Positions 41,183 to 51,260 of a stretch of DNA of 64,000 nucleotides are shown piece by piece (positions within the stretch are counted from its first letter, which is position 1; each line of letters begins with the position of its first letter). The notes below the pieces were generated by a model. The model did no database searches, had not been told where the DNA came from, and was given only the letters and a program-made list of their open reading frames with translations. Position numbers and translations under genes: made by a program. This stretch comes from an uncultured virus (IMG/VR IMGVR_UViG_3300027808_000024) (lineage: Duplodnaviria > Heunggongvirae > Uroviricota > Caudoviricetes), in IMG/VR virus record IMGVR_UViG_3300027808_000024; one strand, given 5' to 3'.

Positions 41183-41882
41183 AAAATAAATGAACCTCAT
41201 GCTGATAGTCTAAAATTATTTCAGTATATCCTAATCCCTTGATCCATTGTCTAAGATTATATAAAGATTCATCCCATTGCTGTAACATAAACTCAGGGTG
41301 TCCAGATAGCCAGATCTTTGGTTTGTACTCTCTAAGCACCTTCTCTGCACCTCCTAGCACCCTCCATTCACTACCCTCTACGTCCAATGAAATAGCGGTA
41401 GGTGGCTTAATGCCATGATCATACACACAAGAATCTATAGTAATTTGACCATAGGCATCTCCTTCAAGGTATAGTTCTTTAAATCCATGTGCTGCCTCAA
41501 TTACATCATTAACTTCTGGAGGCCATTCATTATAATAAATTCTTGCAAGATCATTTATTTTATCAGAAGCAAACCCAGGAATACATACCATAGGAAGTTC
41601 TAGGTTGTTTGCAGTCCATGTTGCAGGAAAGTGCGACCAAACTTTAGGATTTGGCTCAAACAACACCACCTCTGCTCCCCACATTTGACACAGCGCTGGA
41701 AACTCTCCTTCTTCAGCACCAACGTAGTAAACAACATCTCCAGTACCAATGTTCTCAGACATATGCTTTAGTCTTGGTTTTTCCCAACCGTGTGGTTGAT
41801 ACCAGTCTGGTCTATCAGCACGATGCTTTGGTAGTGTTATTTCAAATTCCCCGTTAATAGTAGCCTTAATCATTTCAGTCAT
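41169..41882 (-). CDS. FkbM-family methyltransferase
   Basis: YYVGAEEG, FEPNP, SLDVEGSEWRVLGGA. Confidence 0.8.
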   Translation of the reverse strand: MTEMIKATINGEFEITLPKHRADRPDWYQPHGWEKPRLKHMSENIGTGDVVYYVGAEEGEFPALCQMWGAEVVLFEPNPKVWSHFPATWTANNLELPMVCIPGFASDKINDLARIYYNEWPPEVNDVIEAAHGFKELYLEGDAYGQITIDSCVYDHGIKPPTAISLDVEGSEWRVLGGAEKVLREYKPKIWLSGHPEFMLQQWDESLYNLRQWIKGLGYTEIILDYQHEVHLFYESI

Positions 41883-42762
41883 TTTGTATCCATTCCATTA
41901 ATGATACCTTTGGTATCCATCCAGTTAAATCTTTAAACTTGGCATTAGACGCAAGAGTTTCTTGCACTTCACCAATTCTTGGCGGGATAAATTTAATATC
42001 ATTTGAAATCATATTAGCAATATCAAGTATAGCGTAGTTGCTTCCATACCCAATGTTATATACCTCACCAAATCCATTTTCAACTTCAGATGCAAGTATG
42101 TTTGCTTCTATTACGTCTGATATATGAGTAAAATCTCTACGCTGAGATCCATTACCAACTACTGTTAGTGGTTTTGACTCATGATATTGTTTTAAGAATA
42201 GTCCTATTACTGGGGCATACTGTCCTTTTAATGGTTGTCTATCTCCATAAACATTAAAATATCTAAGAGATATAGTCTTTAATCCGTAAAGGTTATAATA
42301 AACTCTTGCAAGGTTTTCACCAAAAACTTTAGCAGCAGAGTATGGAGTTAACGGATCAGGCGATTGGGTTTCTTGGTTTGGAAGCAAAGCCTTTTTACCA
42401 TAAGAAGAAGATGTGCTTGAATAGATTAGCCTATCTACCTTATTAACCCTACAAAGTTCAAGAACATTTGCTGTTCCTACTGCGTTTGATTGAATAGATT
42501 TTTTAGGATTTAATATTGCTGGCTGTATTCTTGCATCAGATGCTACGTGAAATACGCAGTCAACATCTTTAAAAAGTGATGCAATTAAGTCATAGTCACA
42601 AATATCATACTTATAGTTTTGTGCCTTATCATTCCAATAGAACTGCTCATGACACTCTGCAGACTCATCATCAATACAAACAACGTCGTGACCAAGACTA
42701 ATTAACTTATCAACAAGGTTTGAACCAATAAAACCAGCACCACCAGTTACTAAATATCTCAT
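41875..42762 (-). CDS. NAD-dependent sugar epimerase/dehydratase
   Basis: TGGAGFIGS, YSAAK, RYFNVYG, RDFTHI. Confidence 0.92.
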   Translation of the reverse strand: MRYLVTGGAGFIGSNLVDKLISLGHDVVCIDDESAECHEQFYWNDKAQNYKYDICDYDLIASLFKDVDCVFHVASDARIQPAILNPKKSIQSNAVGTANVLELCRVNKVDRLIYSSTSSSYGKKALLPNQETQSPDPLTPYSAAKVFGENLARVYYNLYGLKTISLRYFNVYGDRQPLKGQYAPVIGLFLKQYHESKPLTVVGNGSQRRDFTHISDVIEANILASEVENGFGEVYNIGYGSNYAILDIANMISNDIKFIPPRIGEVQETLASNAKFKDLTGWIPKVSLMEWIQND

Positions 42763-43718
42763 TGTATGTTTAATGTTTCTAGTATTGTTGCCCACCTGTG
42801 TACATATGTGTGCTCTTGTTTAGTTCTTTCATGCCCAGCAAGTCTTATACTCTCTCTTGAAAGACCATCTACTAGATACTTATCTATCTTGGTTTTTAGA
42901 TCTTCAAGATTACCATGTTCATAAAATACAATCTCATTGCCATCTTCAAAGTATTCTTCAAGTCCTGTAATGCGAGGGTAGATAGTAAAACCACCACGAC
43001 CAGTACTTTCAAACAATCTATCACTAGTGTAGTAAGGATAGTTAAAGTTAATATTTAAACTATCACCTATTGCTATTTTGCTTCTTGCATAAATCCGATT
43101 TAAAGCATCTCCACGTACAGTTCCAGTATCTCCATCGCCACCAACATGACAAAACCTACTGCCGTAAGTGTCTTTTAAAAAATCTATTAGTTGTGGACGG
43201 AATGGATACTCTTTGTGATATCTTTTACTTCCCACGAAAATAACATCATGATCGTAATACTTTTTATTATAATCTGAATGAAGATAGCACTCTTTGTCAT
43301 AAACTCCAGCAGGAACAAAATGACCTTTTACTTTTGTATTTTTGTTAAACCAATCAGTCATTAGCTTGTCTGTAGCAAAGAAATGTTCTATGTTTGTGTA
43401 AAAACCATCATCTTTTAAGTCTTTTTGACGCTCAATACCAAACCAAAGATCAAGATGATAAGTCATGGTTGGTATGTTAATCATCTTCAATTCTTGTAAA
43501 ACTTCAATCATGTCAAAGTGTCCAGGGGTTTTCCAGCCATGGGTGTGTACCCATATGAATAAATCTGATTCTGATGCCTGGTAAAATATCTCTTTACCTG
43601 TTGCTTGACGCTCTTGTAATTTTATTACAGTATGACCCAGAGACTCCAAAGACGCTGCGTGATGATTCTCACTAGAATATGGAACTTCAAAGTTACCAAG
43701 AAAAACAATTTTTGCCAA
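42759..43718 (-). CDS. Glycosyltransferase (CgeB/YkvP-like)
   Basis: TTG start with GGAGG; DVIFVGS..SDRLFE..GGF..HTYVHR. Confidence 0.8.
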   Translation of the reverse strand: MAKIVFLGNFEVPYSSENHHAASLESLGHTVIKLQERQATGKEIFYQASESDLFIWVHTHGWKTPGHFDMIEVLQELKMINIPTMTYHLDLWFGIERQKDLKDDGFYTNIEHFFATDKLMTDWFNKNTKVKGHFVPAGVYDKECYLHSDYNKKYYDHDVIFVGSKRYHKEYPFRPQLIDFLKDTYGSRFCHVGGDGDTGTVRGDALNRIYARSKIAIGDSLNINFNYPYYTSDRLFESTGRGGFTIYPRITGLEEYFEDGNEIVFYEHGNLEDLKTKIDKYLVDGLSRESIRLAGHERTKQEHTYVHRWATILETLNIQ

Positions 43719-43772
43719 TTTTATCCTCCACTGTAAATAATTATAGCATGATATACTTGTAATAGGGGTAAA

Positions 43773-44465
43773 ATGAATTTTATATATATATGTCGTGGCG
43801 GGGAAAACCAAGAACTTAGGTACTCTGTTAGGACAGTTGTTAATAGTTTTCCAGACTCAGAGATCTGGGTAGTCGGCGGTATACCAAATTGGTACAAAGG
43901 TAAAAGTATAAGCATAGAGCAAAATGCTAGTAAATATAATAACGCTATAGAAAACCTAAAGGCTATCGTAAAGTCTACAGAAACCCCAGAAGAGTTTGTT
44001 TTAATGAATGATGACTTCTTCATTGTAGACAAAATAAATTCAATAAAACATTATCACGAGGGACCCCTCCTTGATAAAATTGAAAAATACAGGGATTTAA
44101 AAATGGATCCTAGTTACGTTCAAAAACTTGGACAGACCTATGCCAGATTACAAAGAATGGGCATGGAAGAGCCTGTAAGTTATGAAACTCATACCCCAAT
44201 GATTATGCTTAAAGATAGGCTTAAAGAGGTTTTACAATATTGTCCTACTAGCCTTTGGAGATCTCTGTATGGCAACATACATCATGTTGGTGGAGAACAA
44301 ATAAAAGATGTAAAGGTTTACTATAGAGATAGGTTTGCAAAAATATCAAATGACTATACTAATTCTGATTTCCCTTTGATGTCTACAGACGATGAATCAT
44401 TTTTAATAATAAGAGATAGTTTATTAAAAAATAAGTTTAACAAGAAAAGTAAATACGAGAAATAA
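43773..44465 (+). CDS. Stealth-like putative sugar-phosphate transferase
   Basis: ELRYSVRTV and FVLMNDDFFI resemble Stealth CR2 motifs. Confidence 0.55.
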   Translation: MNFIYICRGGENQELRYSVRTVVNSFPDSEIWVVGGIPNWYKGKSISIEQNASKYNNAIENLKAIVKSTETPEEFVLMNDDFFIVDKINSIKHYHEGPLLDKIEKYRDLKMDPSYVQKLGQTYARLQRMGMEEPVSYETHTPMIMLKDRLKEVLQYCPTSLWRSLYGNIHHVGGEQIKDVKVYYRDRFAKISNDYTNSDFPLMSTDDESFLIIRDSLLKNKFNKKSKYEK

Positions 44466-44467
44466 AA

Positions 44468-45154
44468 CTATCTCATAAAATGATAATCGCCATCTGGGCC
44501 ATTGTCAGAAAACATCCCCATGTTTTTAAATCCTTGTGATGAAAGATAATCAATGATAACTTCTTTTTCAGGAGATCCAATATTATATTCTACATCTCTT
44601 AGCTCTACTATAAGGTGTTCACAAGTTTTTAATGATTTAGTTGCACCCACAAGGACATCTAGTTCTGCGCCCTGAACATCAATTTTAATAAAGTCTGGCT
44701 CTTTAAACATTTCATATTTGACGGTATCATCTAAAGTAATGGTTGTCATTTCAACTATACTGTTATCATCAAACAAATAATCTGCTGCTGGACTATATTT
44801 TGAATTTTCTTTGTAATATGAATTGCCAGCAAAGTTATCATTGTTCTGATAAAACTTTATATTTTTGTCAGAAGCATTACTTAAGGCACCAATGCTGTAT
44901 TGCAATCCGCTTTCAACATAAAGACTTTCAAATGCATCTGTTGCATCAAACAAAACTATTTCACTCTCAGGCCAGATATCTTGCGCTCTTTGTGTCCAGT
45001 GTAAAACACATGCTCCAATATCATAAATTACTTTTGGGTTGAAGTTGTAATCATATTTTAATTTAAGCAGATATTTAAAATGTTTATCTGGTAGGTTTCT
45101 ATAGTCGCTAACCTTTTTAATATTATCTAAAATATTTTTATTATATTGTTTCAT
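44468..45154 (-). CDS. FkbM-family methyltransferase
   Basis: IYDIGAC, IKIDVQGAELDVLVGA. Confidence 0.82.
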   Translation of the reverse strand: MKQYNKNILDNIKKVSDYRNLPDKHFKYLLKLKYDYNFNPKVIYDIGACVLHWTQRAQDIWPESEIVLFDATDAFESLYVESGLQYSIGALSNASDKNIKFYQNNDNFAGNSYYKENSKYSPAADYLFDDNSIVEMTTITLDDTVKYEMFKEPDFIKIDVQGAELDVLVGATKSLKTCEHLIVELRDVEYNIGSPEKEVIIDYLSSQGFKNMGMFSDNGPDGDYHFMR

Positions 45155-45728
45155 TGTTAATATCATACTTTCCAATTTTATTTAGCCACTGTGCCATAGC
45201 CCATGCCTCACGAAACCTTATGTTTGCCATAGTCATACCATACTCTCTACACAACCTTTCAAAATCTTTATAGGTTTTTGGTTTTTTTGTAAAAAGAATC
45301 CACATCAAGGCCGACTCTGTTGTTAAAAATGTTTTGCCACCTTTTATATGAGAAGGTCTTTTAATTACGTTGCACCTTCTGCATCTCAAAGTCATGTTTT
45401 CTAAACTGTCTGCTTGATCCCCTAACACTTCTCTCGGAACTATGTGATCCGCCTGCAATTCAAGTCGTGTTCCGCAGTCAGCACATTTACCATTTTGATT
45501 CTTATGCCATTCATAAACAGCCTGCATGGTTTTTCTTGGTGGATATTTACTTTGAAAAGTTTTTTTTGATGCTATAGAGGTTCCCACTTGTGATGGATTT
45601 AAGTGTCCAAGAACTAAAGCCACAACTTCTTGCATGGTAACAAGACCCTCTGTAATTAATTCATTTAATAAATTAATCCAATCTTGTTGAGTCCATTCAC
45701 GATCACTGTCTGGAAATTTATTTTGCAT
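45141..45728 (-). CDS. HNH endonuclease
   Basis: CADCG..ADHIVP..N...CRRCNVIK. Confidence 0.85.
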   Translation of the reverse strand: MQNKFPDSDREWTQQDWINLLNELITEGLVTMQEVVALVLGHLNPSQVGTSIASKKTFQSKYPPRKTMQAVYEWHKNQNGKCADCGTRLELQADHIVPREVLGDQADSLENMTLRCRRCNVIKRPSHIKGGKTFLTTESALMWILFTKKPKTYKDFERLCREYGMTMANIRFREAWAMAQWLNKIGKYDINNETI

Positions 45729-45865
45729 TTTTCTTTTCTTCAACTAATTTTTTAATATTGTTTATTTTAGTATAGGCATCTCCACCAGCATCAAGAAGTA
45801 TTATAACTTCATCAAACGCTTGCTTACGAGCTTTTTTACAGCCATTGCAAGGACAAGCCCAATCT

Positions 45866-46666
45866 TTATTGTTGCTTTCCAAGGTCTTGTTTTCTTTTAA
45901 CTTTACCGTCTGCTACGCCAGTCCAATACATATTGTAATAGTTTACATCAAACGAAAATGTCTTGAGATGCTGAACATGTGCACCAGTATGAGCATATAA
46001 TTGAATACCAGCCTCTTTTAGTTTTCTAAAGAAAGAAACATCTTCGCTAATAAACTTATTTGCTGCTTGTTGATTTTCTCCAAATACAGAAAACTCACCA
46101 GCAACTTCACGAACTTTAGGAACAACCGATCTGTGCATCAAAACAAAACCAAAACCAGCAACATCAACTGGTATTAACTGATTTGTTGGCATAGGATGAA
46201 TCGTTCTTGTTACATATTTATTGTCTGTATTCATATAAATAGCAGGAGTTGGCTCCATCAAACTCTGTTCATTTTCTTGGCTAACAAAATAAACTCCAGT
46301 AACAACTGGCTTAGAGATTTTATCTGAAGAATCCCATAGCAACTTAAATGCACCCATAGTCATAACTATGTCTGAGTCAATCCACATTAACCAATCTGTG
46401 TTCATATTGTCATACCAATAGTCAATTAAAGATTGACGCTGTCTTGCTATTTGATTACCCTGCACACGAATAGTGCTTGCTACCTTGATTCCACTTCTCT
46501 GTGCTTCAAGCAGGGTATTTAAAATGCCACTTGCAAACCTACCCTCTACAGTGCCACCGTCACACCAAGCAAAGGTAACTGTTTCCTTATCGCTGTGTCC
46601 TGATATTGGTTTATCTACAACCTTTTTTGGTTGTGCCTTACTAGGCTGCTTTTTTGCCATTGCCAT
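45866..46666 (-). CDS. GT-A (GT2-like) glycosyltransferase
   Basis: IARQR, LMWIDSD (DxD), GFGFVLMHR, SEDVSF. Confidence 0.8.
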   Translation of the reverse strand: MAMAKKQPSKAQPKKVVDKPISGHSDKETVTFAWCDGGTVEGRFASGILNTLLEAQRSGIKVASTIRVQGNQIARQRQSLIDYWYDNMNTDWLMWIDSDIVMTMGAFKLLWDSSDKISKPVVTGVYFVSQENEQSLMEPTPAIYMNTDNKYVTRTIHPMPTNQLIPVDVAGFGFVLMHRSVVPKVREVAGEFSVFGENQQAANKFISEDVSFFRKLKEAGIQLYAHTGAHVQHLKTFSFDVNYYNMYWTGVADGKVKRKQDLGKQQ

Positions 46667-46769
46667 GCTCCCTTATATGTCTTGCAAGGGTGCTGTGAGC
46701 AAAGATGCCCCAACGCACCTCAAGTCCTTTACCGCATTGATTGCAGACTGCTACTCTACCCTTGTCCAT
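46641..46769 (-). CDS. 42 aa C2H2-type Zn-finger protein (absent from ORF track)
   Basis: MDKGRVAVCNQCGKGLEVRWGIFAHSTLARHIREH; TATAAT 6 nt upstream. Confidence 0.6.
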   Translation of the reverse strand: MDKGRVAVCNQCGKGLEVRWGIFAHSTLARHIREHGNGKKAA

Positions 46770-46954
46770 GTTTCTATTATATACCAAACATTATTTATTG
46801 TCAATCTTAGGTTCTAACTTGTCCCACTTGCCTGCTGCATTGCCTTGATAGGTTTGTCCAGTTTCTCTGTCTATGAGCAGCCATTTTGTTGGGGATAATG
46901 TTTGTACAACTAGAACTACTTCGCTTAAAGTTTCAGGGAATTCAAAAGAATCTC

Positions 46955-47719
46955 TCATATACCATTATCTTCCATATATTTTAATCTTTCCATAATAACA
47001 TCAGTATTTGGATCAGCCAGGAATTGATCAAGAGCCTCTTTAACTATTGGGCGCATCTCATCAACTGCAGGGCCACCTTCATTTTCCATATTAGATATAT
47101 CATAATGATAGGCATCTGAATCCTCTGTAACCCACTTGGCAGCATCTTCTACATCCCATTTGCGGGTATTGATAAGACGATGTATAACAGGTTTACCAGG
47201 CTTAGTAGTAAATGAAGGCTCTAAAACAAAAACACGATTGTTAGGCTGAATAGCAAAATTACCATCATCACGCTCTATAACATGACCACATTTATGTTGC
47301 CCAGGATTTTCTGAATACCCATCATCAAGGCTATTAGAGTCTCCTCCATACCAGTCAAGGCTAAACAAATACTTGCCAGATATCTTATTCTTACTTCTGT
47401 TCAAATAATTCATACGAAGGTTTGCAAGGTTTGAAAATCTGGTGACGGTAATGAAAGGACTAAAAGAATTCCATAGAACTAGATCATGTATGTCTATCTC
47501 TGGAACTCCTGGTTTGGTACAGAAGGCATTAATAGGCATTCTCCACCAGATACCACCATCTTCCATCATAAAATGAAACAGGGGACTTCGGTTTGGAACA
47601 CTAGCAACGCCGAAAATTACACAGGGAAAGTATTGATCGTGACTATCCTTTTGATCTCGCAAAAAGTTACCACGGATGTAGCATTCAATCGGCGGTATAT
47701 TAGCATTTAATTCAGGCAT
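46955..47719 (-). CDS. Phage hypothetical protein
   Basis: 254 aa; HKCGH..GNFAIQPNNR; leaderless. Confidence 0.6.
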   Translation of the reverse strand: MPELNANIPPIECYIRGNFLRDQKDSHDQYFPCVIFGVASVPNRSPLFHFMMEDGGIWWRMPINAFCTKPGVPEIDIHDLVLWNSFSPFITVTRFSNLANLRMNYLNRSKNKISGKYLFSLDWYGGDSNSLDDGYSENPGQHKCGHVIERDDGNFAIQPNNRVFVLEPSFTTKPGKPVIHRLINTRKWDVEDAAKWVTEDSDAYHYDISNMENEGGPAVDEMRPIVKEALDQFLADPNTDVIMERLKYMEDNGI

Positions 47720-48160
47720 AAGTCAATTCTATCATCTCGGCGCAATAGATGTATCAAACCACCATTCGCCCCTTTGCAGGGCGCTATGGTTTAATCTTAC
47801 TATCTGCGTAATCTTGACTAGCCATGTTTACCATTCTGGCTTTTCCGCAGGGACAGGCAGGAGCCTTATGTATCTTATCCTCATCTAATGTAGTAACAAT
47901 AGCCATGATGGTTTGACATTCAAGGCATTTAAACATCCATCTACTTTCTACCACGAGCAACCTCCGCTGCTAATATTCTCATTCCTAAACCATTTATCTG
48001 AGACGATGTGCCAAGATCGATTGATTCAATCTCTCTGGCTATACGCTCACGCAATTCAGACTCTACGGCCACAATACTATTCCCGATAAGGCTCTGTGTT
48101 TGAGATCCGAAGTTCTTAGATACCTCGTTGTAAAAGTGTTTGCCAATGTCTGTAGTAATA

Positions 48161-48415
48161 TCAAAGTTCATTGTCTTCAAACTCCATGTTGTATACCGTG
48201 CCCCATTTGTCATAGATAGGCCAAAGATTATCCCAAATCCAACAATCTCTCTTAAATCTAAATCCACTTGTTTTGCCAGTTTCTTCATAGAAGGAAATAC
48301 GAAGAACAGCTTTTGATGCAAAGTGTCCTGCTAGGTTTGCCATCCACCTTAAAGGAGGGCGGGAGTTATCAATTCTAGTAGTCTTCCACTCTGGAACATC
48401 ATCATCATAACGCAT
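48161..48415 (-). CDS. Hypothetical protein
   Basis: 84 aa ORF in leftward gene run. Confidence 0.45.
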   Translation of the reverse strand: MRYDDDVPEWKTTRIDNSRPPLRWMANLAGHFASKAVLRISFYEETGKTSGFRFKRDCWIWDNLWPIYDKWGTVYNMEFEDNEL

Positions 48416-48777
48416 ATGCTATTACCCCCAATAGAAATCCTATAATAAATGCAGAACATACAAAAGTTGAGATAAATCGTTTTTCAAGCCATCGTTTAAT
48501 TACGGCTCGTTCTATCTCACGATCCACTTCATAAACCACATCATCAACTTTGTATTCTGTCATGACTAGCCTATCTCTTTAATGAGCCTTGCTAGAATAT
48601 GAGTAGCCTCGTCAATTTCGTGAAGAGAGCCTGAAAAGATCAGTTCGTGTGCCTTTGTGATTTCTGTCTTTATATATTCGTTAGTAAGTTCCATCAAACC
48701 AGTATACCCTAAAAAAGCGGGGGAGTCAAACAAAAACCACTATCAAAGTAAGTAAAGGAACAAACCACCATATATGC

Positions 48778-49005
48778 TTAATCACGTATCTGCCCATATA
48801 AGGTATCTGGTTTGTCAGGAATTGTGTTAGGAGTCTCATGATCTGAGCATACGGGGTATAGTTTATGGCCAATTGACTTGATACCCTCGGACTTTTTAGA
48901 ACAGAAATAGCATATGGCCATAAAGGCTTGACCGTTTTTGCGTATCTTGTCTAAGGCTTCTACAAGTCTCTTATCTTTATACCATTGGGTATGTTGGCTA
49001 GGCAT
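48778..49005 (-). CDS. Small Zn-binding protein
   Basis: AGGAGG RBS; CYFC..CSDH. Confidence 0.55.
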   Translation of the reverse strand: MPSQHTQWYKDKRLVEALDKIRKNGQAFMAICYFCSKKSEGIKSIGHKLYPVCSDHETPNTIPDKPDTLYGQIRD

Positions 49006-49323
49006 ATATTCCTCCTAGGAATAAGTATATCAGGCAGGAGGGTTTTTGTCTATTTCTTCTAATATTTTCTTAGCAAGTTCTTGGGCCTGAATATCTTTGT
49101 GTTTGGTTTTGAGATATGGGGATAGAAGGTTTGCTATCAGGTCTATCATTTCTTGATTCATATCTGGATATTTATTATACATTATTAATGAGCCGTTTTT
49201 CTCATACTCAGGAGACTGCACTCATTTTTCTGTGGATAGGGTAGAGGCAAATGTATCAGATCCCTACTTTGTGGTTGTGGTAGATGATGGTTTAACCCAT
49301 CACCTATCTAATAGTATATCAGA

Positions 49324-50022
49324 TTAGGAATAGTCTTTGCGTACCCAATGATTTTTTTTATACCAGCCAGAAAATACTGAGCTAGATTTTTTACCATTTA
49401 GTATGCCCATTTTAAGAAGACCTTTTGATTCTTTTGATATCCAAGAATCTTGTTTAAATGGTATTAATTGGGCTACTGGAGTTCCTTGTTCTATAACTCC
49501 TTCAAAACCACTTTTAATATAAAAGGGATAAGAACCATGTGGATTTGTAACATACCCACCGTCTATTATTCCAGAAAGAGTGAAAAATGGAAGATCATGT
49601 CTATTAAGTGGATGAGTTAATAAAATACTATATCCTTTTGGAACTTGAAAAGCAACATTGGTATTCCATGTATATTCTATTGGATAACAGCCTGTTGGGA
49701 CTAGTGAACTATCAGATACTTCATTTCTAAATCCAGGTGGGTTGCTCATGGTGCCCCATACAACATATGGCGCTCCGTTGTTATTTTTAACATAAATATC
49801 AGATGGCAGCAATAGCATATAGCCACTTGAAAGACCATTTAAAAATGGAACACATTGTTTTACTGTTAAATTAATGTTATTTTTAGAGTCTATTATTTCT
49901 CCATTTTTCCATTTTGGTATTTTTTTATACCAATTGGGTATTACATTTTTAGACGGAACAAGTGTGTTTGGATATTCTTCTAGTGCTGATTCATATTTTA
50001 TAGTTGGTTTTTTCTTAAACAT
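49324..50022 (-). CDS. DUF6065-like / dUTPase-like beta-fold protein
   Basis: CVPF..SGY, THPLNR.DLPF.TLSGIID, IEQGTPVAQLIPF. Confidence 0.5.
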   Translation of the reverse strand: MFKKKPTIKYESALEEYPNTLVPSKNVIPNWYKKIPKWKNGEIIDSKNNINLTVKQCVPFLNGLSSGYMLLLPSDIYVKNNNGAPYVVWGTMSNPPGFRNEVSDSSLVPTGCYPIEYTWNTNVAFQVPKGYSILLTHPLNRHDLPFFTLSGIIDGGYVTNPHGSYPFYIKSGFEGVIEQGTPVAQLIPFKQDSWISKESKGLLKMGILNGKKSSSVFSGWYKKNHWVRKDYS

Positions 50023-50039
50023 GTTTTAATTGTATCAGA

Positions 50040-50770
50040 TATGCCTGGATTTGTAAAGTTATCCACAAATAAATCTTACTGATAAAAAAATGTTATACCA
50101 ATGGTGGAGGAAAGTGGAGGGAGGTGGGGGATGGAGCGCTTTTGCTGAGGGGATCGTAATACCAAACCAAATATCCCAAACCACGTATCCACGATATGGG
50201 GCATATGATACACCAGATATAATGGTTTGTCAAGCCCTAAATACCGCCCCAAAAATGTGTAGAAATGTAACAAAACTATAACAAAAAGTTATAAAACCTT
50301 TTAATAACAAACCAAAATATCTAGAAAAGTTAGAAAATGTTTTGTCTCTATATATGGGGGGATTAGGAATAGGGATCGTAATCTTTTTTATCCCCGCCCC
50401 TGCGGGGCCGCCGCCTGCGGCGGGGTATTTGACAAGGATCGTAATCCCTAGTATACTTATAGTATTGAATCTGGCCTTGCAGTCATTGATTCAATATTTG
50501 GGATCTGGTTACCTTTCTGGCCAGGTCCCAATTTTTATGGTTTGATATAGTCTAAACTTTCAGCGGGGGCTACGGTTTGAGGGTTCTTAATGTCTTTTTC
50601 AAAAAATGGGCGGGGATTCAAAGATACACATCAAACCTAGTATAAGAGACATAAGGTTTATATAATACAAGGTTTGGGGATATAAGGTTTGGGATCGTAA
50701 TGGTTTTTTAAGGTTTGAGATGTCCAGATTGTCTGGTTTGATATGATATTACCCGGGGGGCCTAAAAGGA
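50040..50770. other. Candidate replication origin / regulatory non-coding region
   Basis: DnaA box TTATCCACA at 50059; four GGATCGTAAT copies; many GGTTT/AAACC; AT-rich and GC-rich patches; no convincing ORF. Confidence 0.55.
50104..50129 (+). promoter_or_regulatory. MraZ-type binding repeats
   Basis: GTGGAG-N4-GTGGAG-N4-GTGGGG. Confidence 0.55.
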
Positions 50771-50773
50771 TCT

Positions 50774-51043
50774 TTAGGGTTTTTTATCTGCTTTGAAAAG
50801 AACCTCGTCTAAATCTTCAAACCCTGTATCCTCAACCTCAACGGATGCTAAAAATAAATCAAATGTTTCTGCTACATACTTAGCCCCATCAGGTCTTATA
50901 TCGCATAGCCCCTCATTAGCAAGATAGGCTAATGGCAAACCAATATCATTGAACTCAAAGAATTGGTCTGCTTCCTCATCATCTTGATATCTAACATAGA
51001 ACTCTCCTAGTATTACTATCTTATTAGAAAAGTCTGTCGTCAT
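50774..51043 (-). CDS. Hypothetical acidic protein
   Basis: GGAGG RBS; 89 aa. Confidence 0.55.
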   Translation of the reverse strand: MTTDFSNKIVILGEFYVRYQDDEEADQFFEFNDIGLPLAYLANEGLCDIRPDGAKYVAETFDLFLASVEVEDTGFEDLDEVLFKADKKP

Positions 51044-51260
51044 AGTGTCCTCCCTGTTGGTAGTATTCTCTTACTTCTTTATTATACCTTGCCGATTCTA
51101 AAATCTCAAGTGCTCTTGAATAAGGCACATAGGGAATAGCGGTTGCCAAGTAGTAGCCAACTGCCTCTAAGTCTAAAGAAAAATCAGATACGAGTGTAGA
51201 AATCTTTTGGGCAACCTTCTCCTCTTTTGTAGGTGTAGCGTTGCGTTTGATTCTATACAT
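51024..51260 (-). CDS. Hypothetical protein
   Basis: MYRIKR start after GGGAGG. Confidence 0.55.
   Translation of the reverse strand: MYRIKRNATPTKEEKVAQKISTLVSDFSLDLEAVGYYLATAIPYVPYSRALEILESARYNKEVREYYQQGGHYDDRLF

Noticed and set aside
47739..47808. Possible tRNA or ncRNA hairpin
   Set aside because: No T-loop or cloverleaf; partly overlaps the end of a small minus-strand ORF, so most simply a terminator-like stem. No tRNA was recognised anywhere in the window by eye
50076..50545. Short ORFs in the origin-like region
   Set aside because: No RBS, atypical composition, overlap repeats; probably non-coding
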